From positions 189,906,001-189,970,000 of the forward strand of contig NC_091475.1 in NCBI RefSeq assembly GCF_036971445.1: a stretch of 64,000 nt of DNA. The letters are read 5' to 3'. This document shows, in pieces, positions 45,896 to 59,589 of this stretch. The notes beneath the pieces were generated by a model that was given only the letters and a program-made list of their open reading frames with translations, was not told the origin of the DNA and made no database searches. The position numbers were made by a program, and so were the translations under genes. Positions within the stretch are counted from its first letter, which is position 1. Every line of letters begins with the position of its first letter. The DNA comes from Narcine bancroftii (lineage: Eukaryota).

Positions 45896-46927
45896 AAATT
45901 AAAACATTTAAAAATTTAATGTTGTTAAGGTGGTGAGAAGAGATGTTAGTTTTTAAGGCTTGCTCATTCCCACTTGATGAACTTATGAAAGTAAATTACA
46001 TCCTGGTCTTTCTGCTTCCAGGATTCAGTTGTGGGGTGTGATTAATGCATTCTCCTTAAGGCTTTAGATTCCAAATACTACCAAATAACATTTTGTAACA
46101 ACAATGTATGATTTAGACATTCTTTGATAATCCTATCAGTTTAAGTGAATCATAACCTTTACTTCAGCATGTCTTCGAGTTTGCAATTTTTGTGATCTTC
46201 TAATTGGATTTTGGTAATGTGTTTATACTATCCTTGAATGGGGAAAGTGATGGACATCTCTTGATACTATGTTTCTGAATAAAATGTTATTTACTCTGGA
46301 AACTGAAGACTGAATGGAATATATTCTGTTACGTTCAAATTCTTTCACAATATATGCCAACAACAACTCATCATTCTTTAATTGCTTGGTGTAGCCCCAA
46401 GTTCTTGTGATTGATGTAAGATGAGGCCCAAATCCCCATGAACACCAGCACCCCTCCGTCACTCACTGTTTAAAAATACACATCTGACATCTTCCTATAT
46501 CTTTATTCCTCACTTCATGTTCGGGGCATTTTATGAGTTCTCAATCAAGCACCAGGCCTTCTCATTTGTCATACTACTTGTATTTTTCTAATTTCTCTTT
46601 GCATTACCCCTTCACCCGCAATTCCACCTCTCCCAGATTACTCACAATTTGCCAAGGATAGGATGATCTAACTTCCTCATGAATTGAACTTTCTTTCATG
46701 TGCCCCTGACTTTCTACTGCTAGCCTGGGCAATTATTCTGTTATTTACCCTTCGCCATCCTTCTATGAGGTTGAGGACAATCAGGTGACCACATATTGTG
46801 AAGGGGAACTTGAATAACATCCTATCACTTTCTTCCAGAGCAACTTAAAGCCCATGGGGTGAATGCTAAATTTTCCAACTCCAGGTAACCGGCACCCTTG
46901 ACCTATGTCCTTTATCTGTTCCCAACA

Positions 46928-47151
46928 TGTGGCTACTGATCAGCCACATTAGACCAAGAGTTGTGATTAATTGGCTTTAATCATTTTAAGACATCATCAC
47001 ATCTCACATTTTGCTGCCCCGGTTCCAAGGCAGGTACTGAGGGAGGAGTTTGGGTGTAACTGTCTTTATAGGGATTTTCAGGAGGGAGGGGTTACAGGTT
47101 CAGGTAGCGGGCTAGCTCATACAATACATACAATACAGTGGTTGCTCCACA
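46928..47151 (-). mobile_element. Solo LTR related to the Gypsy LTR at 22197-22420
   Basis: TGTGG..CCACA termini; shares gattaatwggctttaatcatt, gtactgagggagg and gttacag blocks; minus-strand TATAAA; no clear TSD. Confidence 0.8.
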
Positions 47152-47282
47152 CATATCCCCACCCCCTCCAGGGTGGTTTCCTTTCCTAACTGTCTCACCC
47201 CTCCACATCTCTCACCTTCATTTGTCCAATATCCTATGATCTCTTGGCCCCCTTTGCAGCCTTCCCTTTTCCTTTATTGTTA

Positions 47283-47512
47283 ATTTGAAATTTGACATAC
47301 AGCACAGGCCCACGAGCCTGTGCTGCCAAATAACACAGAATTGACCTACAATCCCAGTGCTTTTTGAAGGGTAGGAGGAGCACCCGGAGGAAACTCACGC
47401 CGACACGGGGAGAACGCATAAACTCATTACAGACAGTGCAGGATCCGAACTCCTGTCCTGATTGCTGGCACTGTAACAGAGTTGCATAAATTGCTACACT
47501 AACTGTGCTGCC
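47283..47512 (-). mobile_element. V-SINE (HE1-like), inside a decayed Penelope 3' region (about 46740-47650)
   Basis: Same structure as 6316-6560; sense B box GAGTTCGGATCC. Confidence 0.85.
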
Positions 47513-48059
47513 CCACGGTTTTACATTTGCTATTTGCCCTTTCCACTTTCGTCTCAAAAGGGGAGTCTCTACCTGACGCAGTGACTGTCCCTGGATGCTG
47601 CTGACCTTCAGCTTCTCTTTGTGTGATCAAGATTCCAGCATTTGCACTTATATTTTTCTCTGAACATTACACTGCTGCATCTGTCATTGATATCCCCCCT
47701 CCCCACCTCCCCACCTCCCCCCCCCATTGATAGCAACACTAGAATTTCAATTGTACTGTGCTGCAGCGTTTAGTCACATCACAAGAGGAGTTACATTTCA
47801 ACAATAATTTGTTGGATGTTGGTTCCTTTGACTTTATGATACTTTTGCAGAACTGCCACAAAGCAAGGATTTAATATAAGGCTATTTTTCACATTAAAAA
47901 TGCTTAGAGATCTTTACCACATGTTTTTGACATTCTCACCAGCGGGTGATAAATCTAGTTCCCATCTTTGACAAATCCACTGCTCTTGGTGAACATGTAA
48001 TATAATAGTTTGCATGGCATTGCTTCTCATTTTCCATTGCACTGATTATGGGAATAGAT

Positions 48060-50190
48060 GGAATCAATGGATTATGGGTTGAATTATGTGTGATGGCTTG
48101 AGCCACATTTACAACCCTCTGCAACTTCCTGTGGTCTTGGGCTGAGCAACTCCCGTACCACGCAATGATGCACCCGGATTGGATGCTTTCAATGCTACAC
48201 ATGTAGAAGTTGTTAAAGAACATAATGAGATGTCAAATTTCCTCATGCTTCTTCAGAAGTAGGAGCGCTGATGTACTTACTTGATCAGCAAACTCCAAGC
48301 CCTGAACCTCAATATCCCACTGGGTAATTGGATCCTGGATTCCTTCACCTCCAGACCACAATCAATGAGGATTGGTAAGAACATCTCCTCCACAATCTCC
48401 ATCAGTACTGGATCACTAGATGGCTGCATTCTTAGCCCTCTGCTCTTCTCACTTTATACCTATGACTGTGTGGCTTGATACGTCAATAATAACCTCTAGA
48501 GATAGTCCTCGATTGAGTGATAGGTTGTTTTTCTGGTATCAAGCACTAGTCTCTCCTTCACTTTTCTGTATTTCACCTCATGGCTGTTAGAGCTCCAGTC
48601 CATGATGATGGTGTCATCTACAACTTTATAGATGAAGTTGGAGAGGTGTTTGGCCACGCAGTCATGGGCATAATATAGATGGCTGAGTATACAGCCTTGT
48701 GATGCCTTGATGTTGAAGGCGATCACAGAGGAGGTGCTGACACCAATCGTGATTGATTGCATCTGTGGGGTAGAGGAGCAAGAATCCAATTGTAGGAAGT
48801 GATGCAGGGCCAGGGTCACGTAGTTCGGGGATGAGTTTGGGTTCTACTTTGTTGCAAGTGGAGCTACTGTCAATTATGTTTTCAGAATAACAGAAAACTT
48901 ACAATCTGTGCAGATGAAGGGTATTTGGGTTCAACTGTGATAGCAGCATTTTTCTGTTGGTAGTGGGTAGGCAGTTCTGTTGGTCAGCAGACCGGCTACA
49001 TCATGATCTGGTATGGGAACACCAATGTCCCTGAGCATAAAGCTCTGCAAAAGGTAGTGGACAAAGCCCAGGACATTACAGCCAGAACCCTCCCCACTAT
49101 GGAGAGCATCTATGAAGAATGCTGCCATCAGAGGGAAGCAGCAATCATCAAGGATCCATACCACAAGCAAACTTCTGTTCCTACTGCAGCCATCAAGAAA
49201 AAGGTACCAGTGCCACAAGACTTCCACCACCAAGTTCAAGAACAGCTGCTCCCCCTCCACCATCAGACTCCTCAACAACAAACTCAATCAGGGAACTCAT
49301 TTACTTTTGTACTTTATTGCTTTTTTTTTAACCTCTGTATTGCACAGTCAGTTTGTTTACATTTCTTGATTTGTTTACATGTGTAACTTGTGTACAGTCT
49401 TTTTTTGCACTGCCAATAAGTGATCATTCTGCCTCCCCCGCAGGAAACAGAATTTCAGGGTTTTATGTGCTGAGAGCCAGATTGCAGGCATTTAAGTCTG
49501 GAATCCAGATCAGTACAGCAGGAGCAGGTATGACCAGTGTGAAGCTATTTCCCGGTCAAAGCGCAGATCCTGGAAACTGAAAACAATGAGAGACACCCGA
49601 CAGCGGTTACAAATTTGGTGACGTAGCAGAAGGCAAAGCTTCTCTCCCAGAGGAACTTAATGCCTTCGACGCCTGATTTGATGACAGTGACATTGAAGAA
49701 TGACCCCTCCACACCCCCACGTCCCTTGATGATCCTATCCTGTTTGTATCTGAGGACGACGTGCGTGCTGCCTTCAGGAGAGTGAATCCAAGGAAAGCAT
49801 CGAGCCAGGACAGAGTATCTGGCCGAGTGTTAAAGGTATGTGGTGACCAACTTACCAAGGTATTCACGGATATCTTCAATATCTCACTCCAGCATGGCAT
49901 GGCACCCATCTGTTTCAAACAGACATCAATCATACCAGTGCCTAAGAAGAGTGCAGTAACCTGCCCAAATGACAATCAGCCAGTAGCACTTTCATCAATA
50001 GTGATGAAGTGTTTTGAAAGGCTGGCGTTGAAGCAGATCAGCTCCTGTCTGAGCAGTGACTTGGATCCATTCCAGTTCGCCTATCGCAGTAACTGTTCTA
50101 CGGTGGATGCCATCACATTGGCTCTACTCGAAGCCATGGAGTATCTGGACAGCAAAGATGCATACATCAGGATGCTCTTAATCAACTGTA
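48060..50190. mobile_element. Mosaic of Rex1/Babar LINE fragments in alternating orientation and scrambled order
   Basis: Minus 48060-48280 (SGCIIAWYG); plus 48281-48495 (NWILD..GCILSPLLFSLYTYDC); minus 48500-48870 (KVVDDT); plus 3' end 48995-49470; plus mid-ORF 49470-50190 (IIPVPKK..PVALSSIVMKCFERL..FQFAYR). Confidence 0.85.
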
Positions 50191-50781
50191 CCTTTTTTTA
50201 TTACTAAATAGCTGCTCATATAAAAGATCAATGCAAACAAATATTGATTGTTTATGTAGTAGGAAGCTGAGATATAGCAGGGTGATCTTACCAAATGGAA
50301 AAATTAGGAAAATACCATATACACACAAGTTGCATAGATTTCTTTTGTAACTCTAAAAATGGCCCTTTGGCACGGGGATCACATTTCCCTTCAAGCGAGT
50401 CTTTGTGAAGTAAAACATTGCAGCCCACTGGACAAATAAATCAAGTCACATCAGCTCTCAATTTAAATTTGGAACATTTTCATGAAATTTGGATAACTAC
50501 TGTCATTTCTTTCACTGATACTGCTCAAATATTTTCTTGGGGCATTTTTTAATTTTGTACAGCTTCATCGCCTCAGATAAATCTTTGATAAAGCCAACTT
50601 CAATCATTTTAGACAATACACTATGGATTTTGCATTAAAGTAACTACTCTACCAGTTATTTAGTTCTCTTTTTGATTAGAGTTGTACGTTAGTGATGCAA
50701 ACATTCACATGATGGTGTCAGTGAAGGTTGAAGTTTTGTGTCCACAAGATCTTAGCCTAGTATCAGCTTTTAATAGTCATT

Positions 50782-50837
50782 TCTCATTGGAGATATATGT
50801 CCAATTCCATCTCATTGGAGATATATGTCCAATTCCA
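50782..50837. repeat. Perfect 28-bp tandem duplication
   Basis: (TCTCATTGGAGATATATGTCCAATTCCA)2. Confidence 0.95.
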
Positions 50838-51459
50838 TCCCACGAAAAAAGAAACAAGAAATTTTCAGCAGGTTAATGACCTCATCGTGCCAGCCACTCA
50901 TTATACCCGATTGAGTGATTTGAAGGAGTGATTATCTTTCAGAATGTTCTTAATCTGAGAATGAAATTATAATCAAACAATATCTTAGATTCTGTTTCTT
51001 TTCCTGATAATCAAAACTAATTTTCAACAAGTATCCCATTTTTAACCTTTTACGTTCTACCAAAAGGTATTCCCTCACATAAATCTCGTTACCTCCTCAA
51101 TACTTATGGACAAATGAAGGTCTACTCAATCCCTTCTGAGTGTTGTTCCTGTACATCAGAGTAAAAATAAATTCTATTGGCTGAACTTTCAGAAGAAAAT
51201 ATGAGATCACGGCAAGAGTTTAGAAGAGATTCACCAGGATATTAATTGTGAGGAATGGCTTTAGTTATGACATCTGGGGGGCCTTTCCACCAGTGCTCTT
51301 TACTTGCCTGGATGAGTGTAGCTCCAACAGTGCTGAAGCAACTAGATACCAGCAAGGACAAAGCAAACTATTCTATCTTAAATGTTCACTCCCTCTACTG
51401 CTGATGTATTGTGGCTACAATTAAAAAATGCAATGCAGTTGCTAACAAAGGACTATGTT

Positions 51460-52920
51460 CATGAAGGCACATAAGGGCCATATCAAACTTTGGTTGAGCT
51501 GCACTTGGAATATTGGGCGCAATGCTGATTGCCCTGTTACAGGAAGGATGCAGAGGCTTTGGAAAGCTTACATAAGAGGTTTACCAGGATGTTGATTGTT
51601 TAGCGTGTATGTTATGGGGAGAGATTGGACAAATTTACATTGTTTTCTCTGCACCATAGGAGGCTCGGAAAGACCTTATAGAGATGTGTATAGTCATTAA
51701 AGATTTTAATAAAGTGGACAGTTAGAATCTTTTTCCAAGGCCAAAGTGTCACACATCGGAGGACATGCATTTAAGGAGAGAGAGCCTAGAACAAGCTGCC
51801 AGGAGCAGTGGTAGAAGAGATGCAGTAGTAGCATTTAAGATGCTTCAGCACTTGACGTCCTGTTTTGCGGAAACTGCCAAAATGTTTGGCCTGGAAGTCA
51901 CCCTGAAGAAAACGGAGGTCCTCCATCAGCCAGCTCCCCACCATGACAACCAGCCCCCCCCCCCCACATCTCCATCGGGCACACAAAACTCAAAACGGTC
52001 AACCAGTTTACCTATCTCGGCTGCACCATTTCATCCGATGCAAGGATCGACAACGAGATAGACAACAGACTCGCCAAGACAAATAGCGCCTTTGGAAGAC
52101 TACACAAAAGAGTCTGGAAAAACAACCAACTGAAAAACCTCACAAAGATTAGCGTATACAGAGCCGTTGCATTACCCACACTCCTGTTCGGCTCCGAATC
52201 ATGGGTCCTCTACCGGCATCACCTACGGCTCCTAGAACGCTTCCACCAGCGTTGTCTCCGCTCCATCCTCAAAATTCATTGGAGCGACTTCATCCCTAAC
52301 ATCGAAGTACTCAAGATGGCAGAGGCCGACAGCATCGAGTCCACGCTGCTGAAGATCCAGCTGCGCTGGGTGGGTCACGTCTCCAGAATGGAGGACCATC
52401 GCCTTCCCAAGATCGTGTTATTTGGCGAGCTCTCCACTGGCCACCATGACAGAGGTGCACCAAAGAAGAGGTACAAGGACTGCCTAAAGAAATCTCTTGG
52501 TGCCTGCCACATTGACCACCGCCAGTGGGCTGATATCGCCTCAAACCGTGCATCTTGGCGCCTCACAGTTCGGCGGGCAGCAACCTCCTTTGAAGAAGAC
52601 CGCAGAGCCCACCTCACTGACAAAAGACAAAGGAGGAAAAACCCAACACCCAACCCCAACCAACCAATTTTCCCCTGCAACCGCTGCAACCGTATCTGCC
52701 TGTCCCGCATCGGACTTGTCAGCCACAATCGTGCCTGCAGCTGACGTGGACTTTTACCCCCTCCATAAATCTTCGTCCGCGAAGCCAAGCCAAAGATACA
52801 CACATGAAAGTGAAGGGGTTGGAGGGATTTGCAAAGAGAAGAGTTTTAGTTATTTGGGACATCATGTTTGGCATGGGCAAATGGGATGAATGGCTTGTTC
52901 CAGTGCTGCACTGTTCTGTA
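51460..52920 (+). mobile_element. Degenerate CR1/HER1 3' end split by an RTE insertion
   Basis: cacttggaatattgg, aagaggtttaccaggatg, gaccttatagag, gcatttaag; tail resumes at 52795. Confidence 0.8.
51842..52794 (+). mobile_element. RTE-clade LINE, 5'-truncated, young
   Basis: LQHLTSCFAETAKMFGLEVTLKKTEVL; ORF 52316-52744 ending CNRCNRICLSRIGLVSHNRACS; highly similar to 28954-29776. Confidence 0.95.
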
Positions 52921-53367
52921 TTATCCAGTTAGAACCTCCTGAGTCCGCAACGTCCATCATAATGTTTACTATCACAATCTAGAGGTCCTTCACCAACTTG
53001 GAAATACTTTCATGTCTGAGGTGAAACTCCGGAATTGCTCACCCATTCACGCTGTGGGAATATATTACAGAAGGTCTGCAATGATCGATGTAAATTGCTA
53101 TCTGATTAGGAAATAAATAATGACGGCAACACCAATATACGTATAATGAAAATAGATATGCAAAGATGTGGGAAGCGGTGAGAGGTTTTGAAAAGTTAAT
53201 TGGGAACAGTGATCCATGAGGGATGACTTCATATTAATTACCAAGAGAGTGCAGGAAAGACTTGGGATTAAATTGATGGAGAGCTCTCTTATAGCATATT
53301 AACCCCTATCCACAATACCATCCAAGAATAATATCTGAAGCTCCTGGTCATGTAAATAGTTTGATTA

Positions 53368-53890
53368 CACTGGACAACAAAAATTTTGCTTCCTGAATAT
53401 TTTTGGGTGTATCTTATAGATTTTGGGCTGCTGATCACAAAAATCATCTCAAAGTTTTCCCCACACATTTTGTTTTTTAGATATAACCTTTTTTTAATAA
53501 TTTCCATCATCTTTTATGACTACTAGTGTAATACTCACAAAGCAAGCTGAATGTGTCATTGAAAATTCATTTATTGCATTCGCACTTGGTCGGTGAAGAA
53601 CATGGTGAAAGGTTTCACCAGGACATTGCAACCATGGAAAAGCAGTATCAGGGCAACTGGAACCTATCAGTGCTGGCTGAACTCTATTGTTGAACACTGG
53701 CTCAAGGGGCATCAGATGCTAAGGACAGATGAAAATCAATGGCAAACATTTTTAGGTCAGTTGAACTAACACAATTTGTCAGCATTATTATGCAACATGC
53801 TAAATTCAATAAAAGTTAACTTAATATTTTTCCAACTTCCTATGTGAAGCGTGAACTTCCTACAGAACATCTAAAATTACCTTTGTGTCT
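53368..53890 (+). mobile_element. Chapaev3-like remnant, second copy
   Basis: TTA|CACTGGACAAC left end; catggtgaaaggtttcaccaggacattg..gaaaagcagtatcagggc homologous to 38380-38435. Confidence 0.8.
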
Positions 53891-53967
53891 ATAACCATAT
53901 ACAACACAGAAACAGGCCAGTTTGGCCCTACTAACCCATGCCGAACATCTTCTCCTACTATTTATCA

Positions 53968-55532
53968 CAGGGCTTCCAAAACCTTTTAGCTCACGGAACC
54001 CTTTTGGAGGGCGCTTGGGAATCACGGAACCCCAATCGTCAATTACAGTTTAAAAGACCTGGTATATACACAAGCTTTTCTCTTTTAAATATTTTTTATT
54101 GAGATTAAAATATAAACTTACATACACAATTTTAAGAAAAAACACGTAACAAGTGATCTCATTTTGATACAAGTATAGTACACAATAAAAAGATGGAACT
54201 ACATTAAACAGTTCATTAATTCACATGCGAAACAAGTTATGAATTAATCTATGATAACCATGTTAAACCCATGTTTACCAAATTAATTCAAATAAAAAAA
54301 TTAACCATGTCTGTTCATTGCTTGGTTTGGTTTTTCACATGAGCCAGATATACCTCTGACTGCAACTCAGGAGAAAGTGTTAGCCTTTACCATGCTGATA
54401 GCCAAATGAGCAATTTTTTTGAAATGGAAAGATGACTCTTCATCTACCCATACACAATGGTTATGTGATGTAATGTCCTATTTAAGCTTGGAGAAAATTA
54501 GATTCAACATTAAAGATGGTACATTTCAATTTGTAAAGATGTGGGGCCCATTCATACCACACCATCATGATGGGAAGATTCAAAAATCTTGAACGTTTTG
54601 GAGATCCTCTGTCCAATATATGGAGGTGGTTATCCATACCATAAGTTCCCTTTTCTTTTACAAGGCTACCTTGATTAGAGGGAGGGGGTAAATTAGATTT
54701 AGTTTTTAGGATTTATACACAAGCATAGCAAGAAAGTAAATAAACTCATCAGTAGCAGATTGATTCCCACCCGGGCCCTAGGCTGAGCTTTAGTAAGGTC
54801 CCCCTGACCTTGCCCCACCACAGGCCCAAGCTACCCTTGGTGCCCCTCATTCCCCGCAACAGGCCCGGGCTACTCCAAATGCCTCTTTCTCCCTGCCACA
54901 GGTCTGGCCACACCCACCACCCCTTGCTCCTCACCGAGGCCCACTCTCCCTGTCTTGGTCCAGGATGCCCCCGCTGCCCCTCTCTCCCTGCCGTGGTCTG
55001 GGCTGCCCCAACTGCCCCTTGCTCCCCATCATGGGCCCAGGATACCCCTAGTGCCCCTCGCTCCCCACCGTAGACTCGGCTACCACAGCAAACCCCTTGC
55101 TCCCCACTTCAGCTTGACCGCCCCTGCCATCCCTTGCTCTCCACTGAAGCCCTGGCCAGCCCCACTGCCCATTGCTCCCCACTGTGGTCCAGGCCCCCCT
55201 AACCACCCCTCATTCCCACTGCAGTCCGGGCCACACCCCCGCCCCCCCCCCCAGCATCAGACACCTCCAGCTGCACACCCCTCCCATTGTTCACTTACCT
55301 CAGGTGACAGGCTGGACACCAGTATTTCAGACCCCGATCCTCACTCATGCCACAAATCGCCATGCCGCCGCTGCTAGCTCCCAGAAACTATTGCGTTCAT
55401 CACCTCGGCAATGGTGCAGTTCCGACTCTGGCCCAACGTCACCGGCTTCACCCATGCAGATTGCTATTACTCCCTGTGATTTCTTCTACGGAATCCTTTG
55501 CCTTTCCACAGAACCCAGTTTGGGAAACGTTG
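53968..55532. mobile_element. Old non-autonomous hAT-like element with C-rich internal repeats
   Basis: Termini CAGGGCTTCCAAAAC and GTTTGGGAAACGTTG; subterminal acggaaccc motifs at both ends; 8-bp flanks ATTTATCA/GTCTATCG differ only by transitions. Confidence 0.6.
54765..55290. repeat. Degenerate C-rich tandem repeat (core CCCTTGCTCCCCAC, ~35-40 bp period)
   Basis: Recurring cccttgctccccac/cccctcgctccccac motifs; G-rich minus strand. Confidence 0.75.
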
Positions 55533-56814
55533 GTCTATCGTAATCTCCAATTTGCTTTTAAGGAAGCAAACCTTTTGAAGAATATCGTTATCTTGTATAA
55601 TATGACTTTTGAAATATGATTTCAGATTTATTGCCTGAGTACATACATGACATCACATTCAACCTTAGATTCCTTTTCCTGCTTATTGGCGGTGTAAAAA
55701 AAATCAGGCTCAATGTCACAAGTAAACCAATAAAGAAATGTCACCAAACTGACTGTGCAATTTCAACATGTTAAACTCATTTATGCTGCACAGGTGCCAT
55801 CTGATATCTCTAGCATTAAATATATTTCTTTAAACTGAAGTGAAAATAATAGTAAAACTACATCTTTATGAATTGTATGAAATGCATACCGACCATGTAT
55901 TTTCAAAGAATTTAAACCAAACCTCTGTGTTTTGCAGTCTGATGTGAGGGAGCACGTTTGATGTTACAGCTGTGTTGTGTGATATTTCACTGCTGAGTTT
56001 TATTATACTGAATTTATTAAAATTTTCTATGAGGACTGCATAAACTGAAAACTGCAGACCTGTCCTTGACAAGAGTTTCTTCTGCGTGACATGTTGATAG
56101 ATACTTGTTTCCTTTGGTTGCATTGTGATATTACTTTTTGAATCATGTGTTATTGACCAGAACCCAGACTGAAAAATGTGCTGTTGGCACTTTTAGGAGA
56201 ATCCAACGTTTTAATGCCCTTTTGATTCACAGCATCAAAGAAAACGTTCTTTAAACCAGAACCTATACTTTGTGGAATGTAAGGTATGAAGGCTGAATCA
56301 TCAGGAATCAATAATACTCCAATGTAATTAGTGAGCTTTCAGACATAGGACATTGATATTATGAATTTCTTTGGACTTATTTTTTTATTATTTTATTACT
56401 TTACGAGTTAACTCCTTCAATGTACAAGGACTTGTAATGTAGCTGCGTTCCTAATATAGCAACTGGCTTCACTTCTGTATTTTGTATATACCTGCTTTCC
56501 TATATGTGACTTAATGCTAACATAGTTGGTGAGGTTTTACACCATTGCACCTGAAGCAAAAGAATATAAAGTCTGTTGCCAACACCTCTTAAAATGCAGC
56601 CACTTGTCTTAAAGCTGTATTGATGGTGTGTGGTAGAAACAGCTGTGATAAGCTAAGAATCACGAAAAGGCAGAGTGGGGTGCCTTTTGTCGGGAGAAAA
56701 TGGGTAGAAGTTTGGTCCTTTTTCTCTCAGAATTGAAGACGATTTATTTCTGAAATGTAGCACAAAAGAAAGTCTAAATGAAGACAAGGCTAATCCAGGT
56801 CTTGGGAATAAAGC

Positions 56815-57348
56815 ATACAACAGCATAGCACAGTACAGTGCAGGCCCTTTGGCCCATAATGTTGTGTTGACCTTTAGACCCTGCCTTCCACTTTAAATTC
56901 CTCCATATGGTTGAAATTCATCAATGTACCTGCCTCCATCACTGACCCATACACCAACCACCCTCTGAGTTAAAAAAAAACCCTTCCTCTAATATCTCTC
57001 TTGAACTTTCCACCATTAGCTTAAAGCCATGCCCTCTTGTATTGAACAGTGGTGCCCTGGGAAGGAGGCACTGGCATCAACTCTATCTATTCGTTGTATA
57101 TCTCTACAGAGGTATATCTTGTATACCTCTATTATGTCTCCTCTCATCCTCCTTCTCTCCAAAGAGTAAAGCCCTAGCTCCCTTAATCTCTGCTCATAAT
57201 TCATACTCTCTAAACCAGCTATCATCCTGGTAAATCTCTGTACCCTTTCCAAAGCTTCCAAGTCTTTCCTATAATGAGGCGATCAGAACTGGACATAGTA
57301 CTCCAAGTGTGGTCTAACCAGAGTTTTGAAGACCTGCATCATTACTTC
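56815..57348 (-). mobile_element. CR1/HER1 LINE 3' part
   Basis: ORF 57016-57261 ([36 protein letters not shown]). Confidence 0.9.
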
Positions 57349-57899
57349 TAGAGGGGCAAATTTGCCACTTTCTGAAATTTTGTCAAGTTAGCTGATGTTG
57401 CCAGGTAGCTTGATTTGACTATTACCTTACAATGAACCTTAACTATGCTGATGGTTTAGGTACAGCACCTCAGATGAAGCTCACCCTCACCAACATTCTA
57501 AATCCATGGGCTTAGCCACTTTTGGCACTATGTTGTGGCAACTCAGCCACAAGTGAAAGGTGACCAGGGATAAATCCCTTGTACACACATGTCCACTGTT
57601 AATGTACTCAAGTAAAACAATGGAAATTGGAAACTGAATTGTAACAAATTGGAAACCCGATCCCCAACAGTATCTTCAGTGAGAAAGAAGACAACATTCC
57701 TTGGAGCAGAAAATTAAGAGAAGGAGAAAAACTTTGGTAAATATTTGGTCAGGAAAGCATGAAACAAAATAAATACATATGGCAATAAAGAAAATTAAAA
57801 ACTGTAGATGCTGGGTATTTTAATTAAAAAAAAAAGATTGACTTACAGCATGGTAACAGGCCCCTTTCCTCAAACTTGTGCTGGGTATCTTGTAACAGG

Positions 57900-58110
57900 C
57901 CAGGAAGCCACAGATTGGCAGGTCTGACTGGGAGAGGGGTAGAGGTTTAAAGTGGTGAGAAGGTCAAGGTGAACCCTGCAGACCAAATGCAGGTGCTCCA
58001 CAAAGCAAACACACAAGCTGTGTTTGGTTATTCCTATGTAGAGGAGATGATTATAGTGGTAATTTAACAGCATGGATAAAGGTGAGGGTGAGGGATTAAA
58101 ACTGGCAGGA
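57900..58110 (-). mobile_element. Penelope GIY-YIG relic
   Basis: LLYIGITKHSLCVCFVEHL in ORF 57870-58073. Confidence 0.6.
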
Positions 58111-59589
58111 ATATGAGCACATTAGGGGCTTAATCTGTCACTTCCACACTTCCACAGAAGCAGGATCATGTTAATATATGCCCAGCACTGAATTAAAGAT
58201 ATATTTCAACATGCATTTGCAAGCTTCCCATTCTTCCTGATACTAGCTTGTACAACTGAAGCAGTTGTGGGGGTTGAGTAAAGCTCAGTGAAATACATTC
58301 TTAAATATTCAGAATTGTTTTGCCCAATTCCTCCATGTTTCATGACTGCACATTAGGTGTGCAAATGCTTAAATACTCACAGCTGTTTCCTTATCACGGT
58401 ATTTTTGTTGCTGATTACCTTCGACACGTTAAAATCTATTAAAATCAAATTATGATGGATGATCCAGGTCTTGTTTCAGATTGACCTTGGATGAGGACTA
58501 ATATAGAAAGTATGAAACCTGAAAGTCAGCAGACACTGTGGTTTCAGTCTTTCAGTGGCCATATATCTTTGTCTTTTATGGATGCTGAAAGACTGACTGA
58601 GTTCCTGCAGCATTTTGCTGTGCTTTTACTAATATCAAAAGCGTTAGCTCCAAAGAGAAGGAGCTGAGGCAGAGGGAGCAACAGAAGGAGGAGTTGAGAG
58701 GGAGGGAACAAAGAGAGTAGCTGAGAGATGGAGCAGAGAACTGATTCAATTTGCAAGAAGAATTACCTACAGCACAGTGCCATACAAGCCAGGTTTCCTT
58801 GATAAGGTGGAACTGCCTGGTGGCCCAGATGGTGCTCGACACCTGCATCCACCTGGGAGGTTTGCTTCTCACCGAGGCTGGTGGCTCAGTTTCATCAAAA
58901 AGACAACTGCCCTCAAATTCTGAATTTTTCTGGACAAGACAGGTTGTCTGCTGGACCCTACTGATGGTCCCTTTCTGAAACTGATGGGTGATGCTTGCTG
59001 TCCTTGACCAGGGAAACAACTGCATCCAGCACACTTCCAGAAAACTAGAGTATATGTAACCTGCAAGGGTTTCCTGTTCATCTTCTGCCTCACTCAAATT
59101 CGGAATGATCCATGGAAAATATAAACTGTGCTCCCAATTCCTCTTGCAGTTCCAAGTCTCGTGACTGCACATTAGGTGTGCAAATGCTTCATGTTTACTG
59201 TGTCAACGTGTGATAATTACATAGGAGCAGTAATGATCATTTAACCTGCAGCAGTCCATACTCTCAATGCATTTGGATGTTTAAGCCTAAATGAAGGATG
59301 CCTTCTTGAAAAGAAATGGTATTGATATAAAATTTAAGTATCCCCATCAATGATGATCATTTTTTGACCAAAGTACCAGATTTTGAAGCCCATTAGAGGA
59401 GAGGTGAATGTGTAAGTGTGTTACTTTTCCTGAATTGGTTAATGCATTAGAGAATTTCTGCTGTCAATCCATAAGCATGTGAACTGCTGGGCCTCTAGGC
59501 ACATTTTTTTTAATGAGTCCTGCTGCTGATGGGGCAGCGAATCTTTCTCTAGCTCCTCACTTATCCTATTTAGACATCGAAGGATCATT

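Noticed and set aside
54810-55619. Proline-rich ORFs
   Set aside because: Produced by C-rich degenerate repeats inside a transposon-like shell
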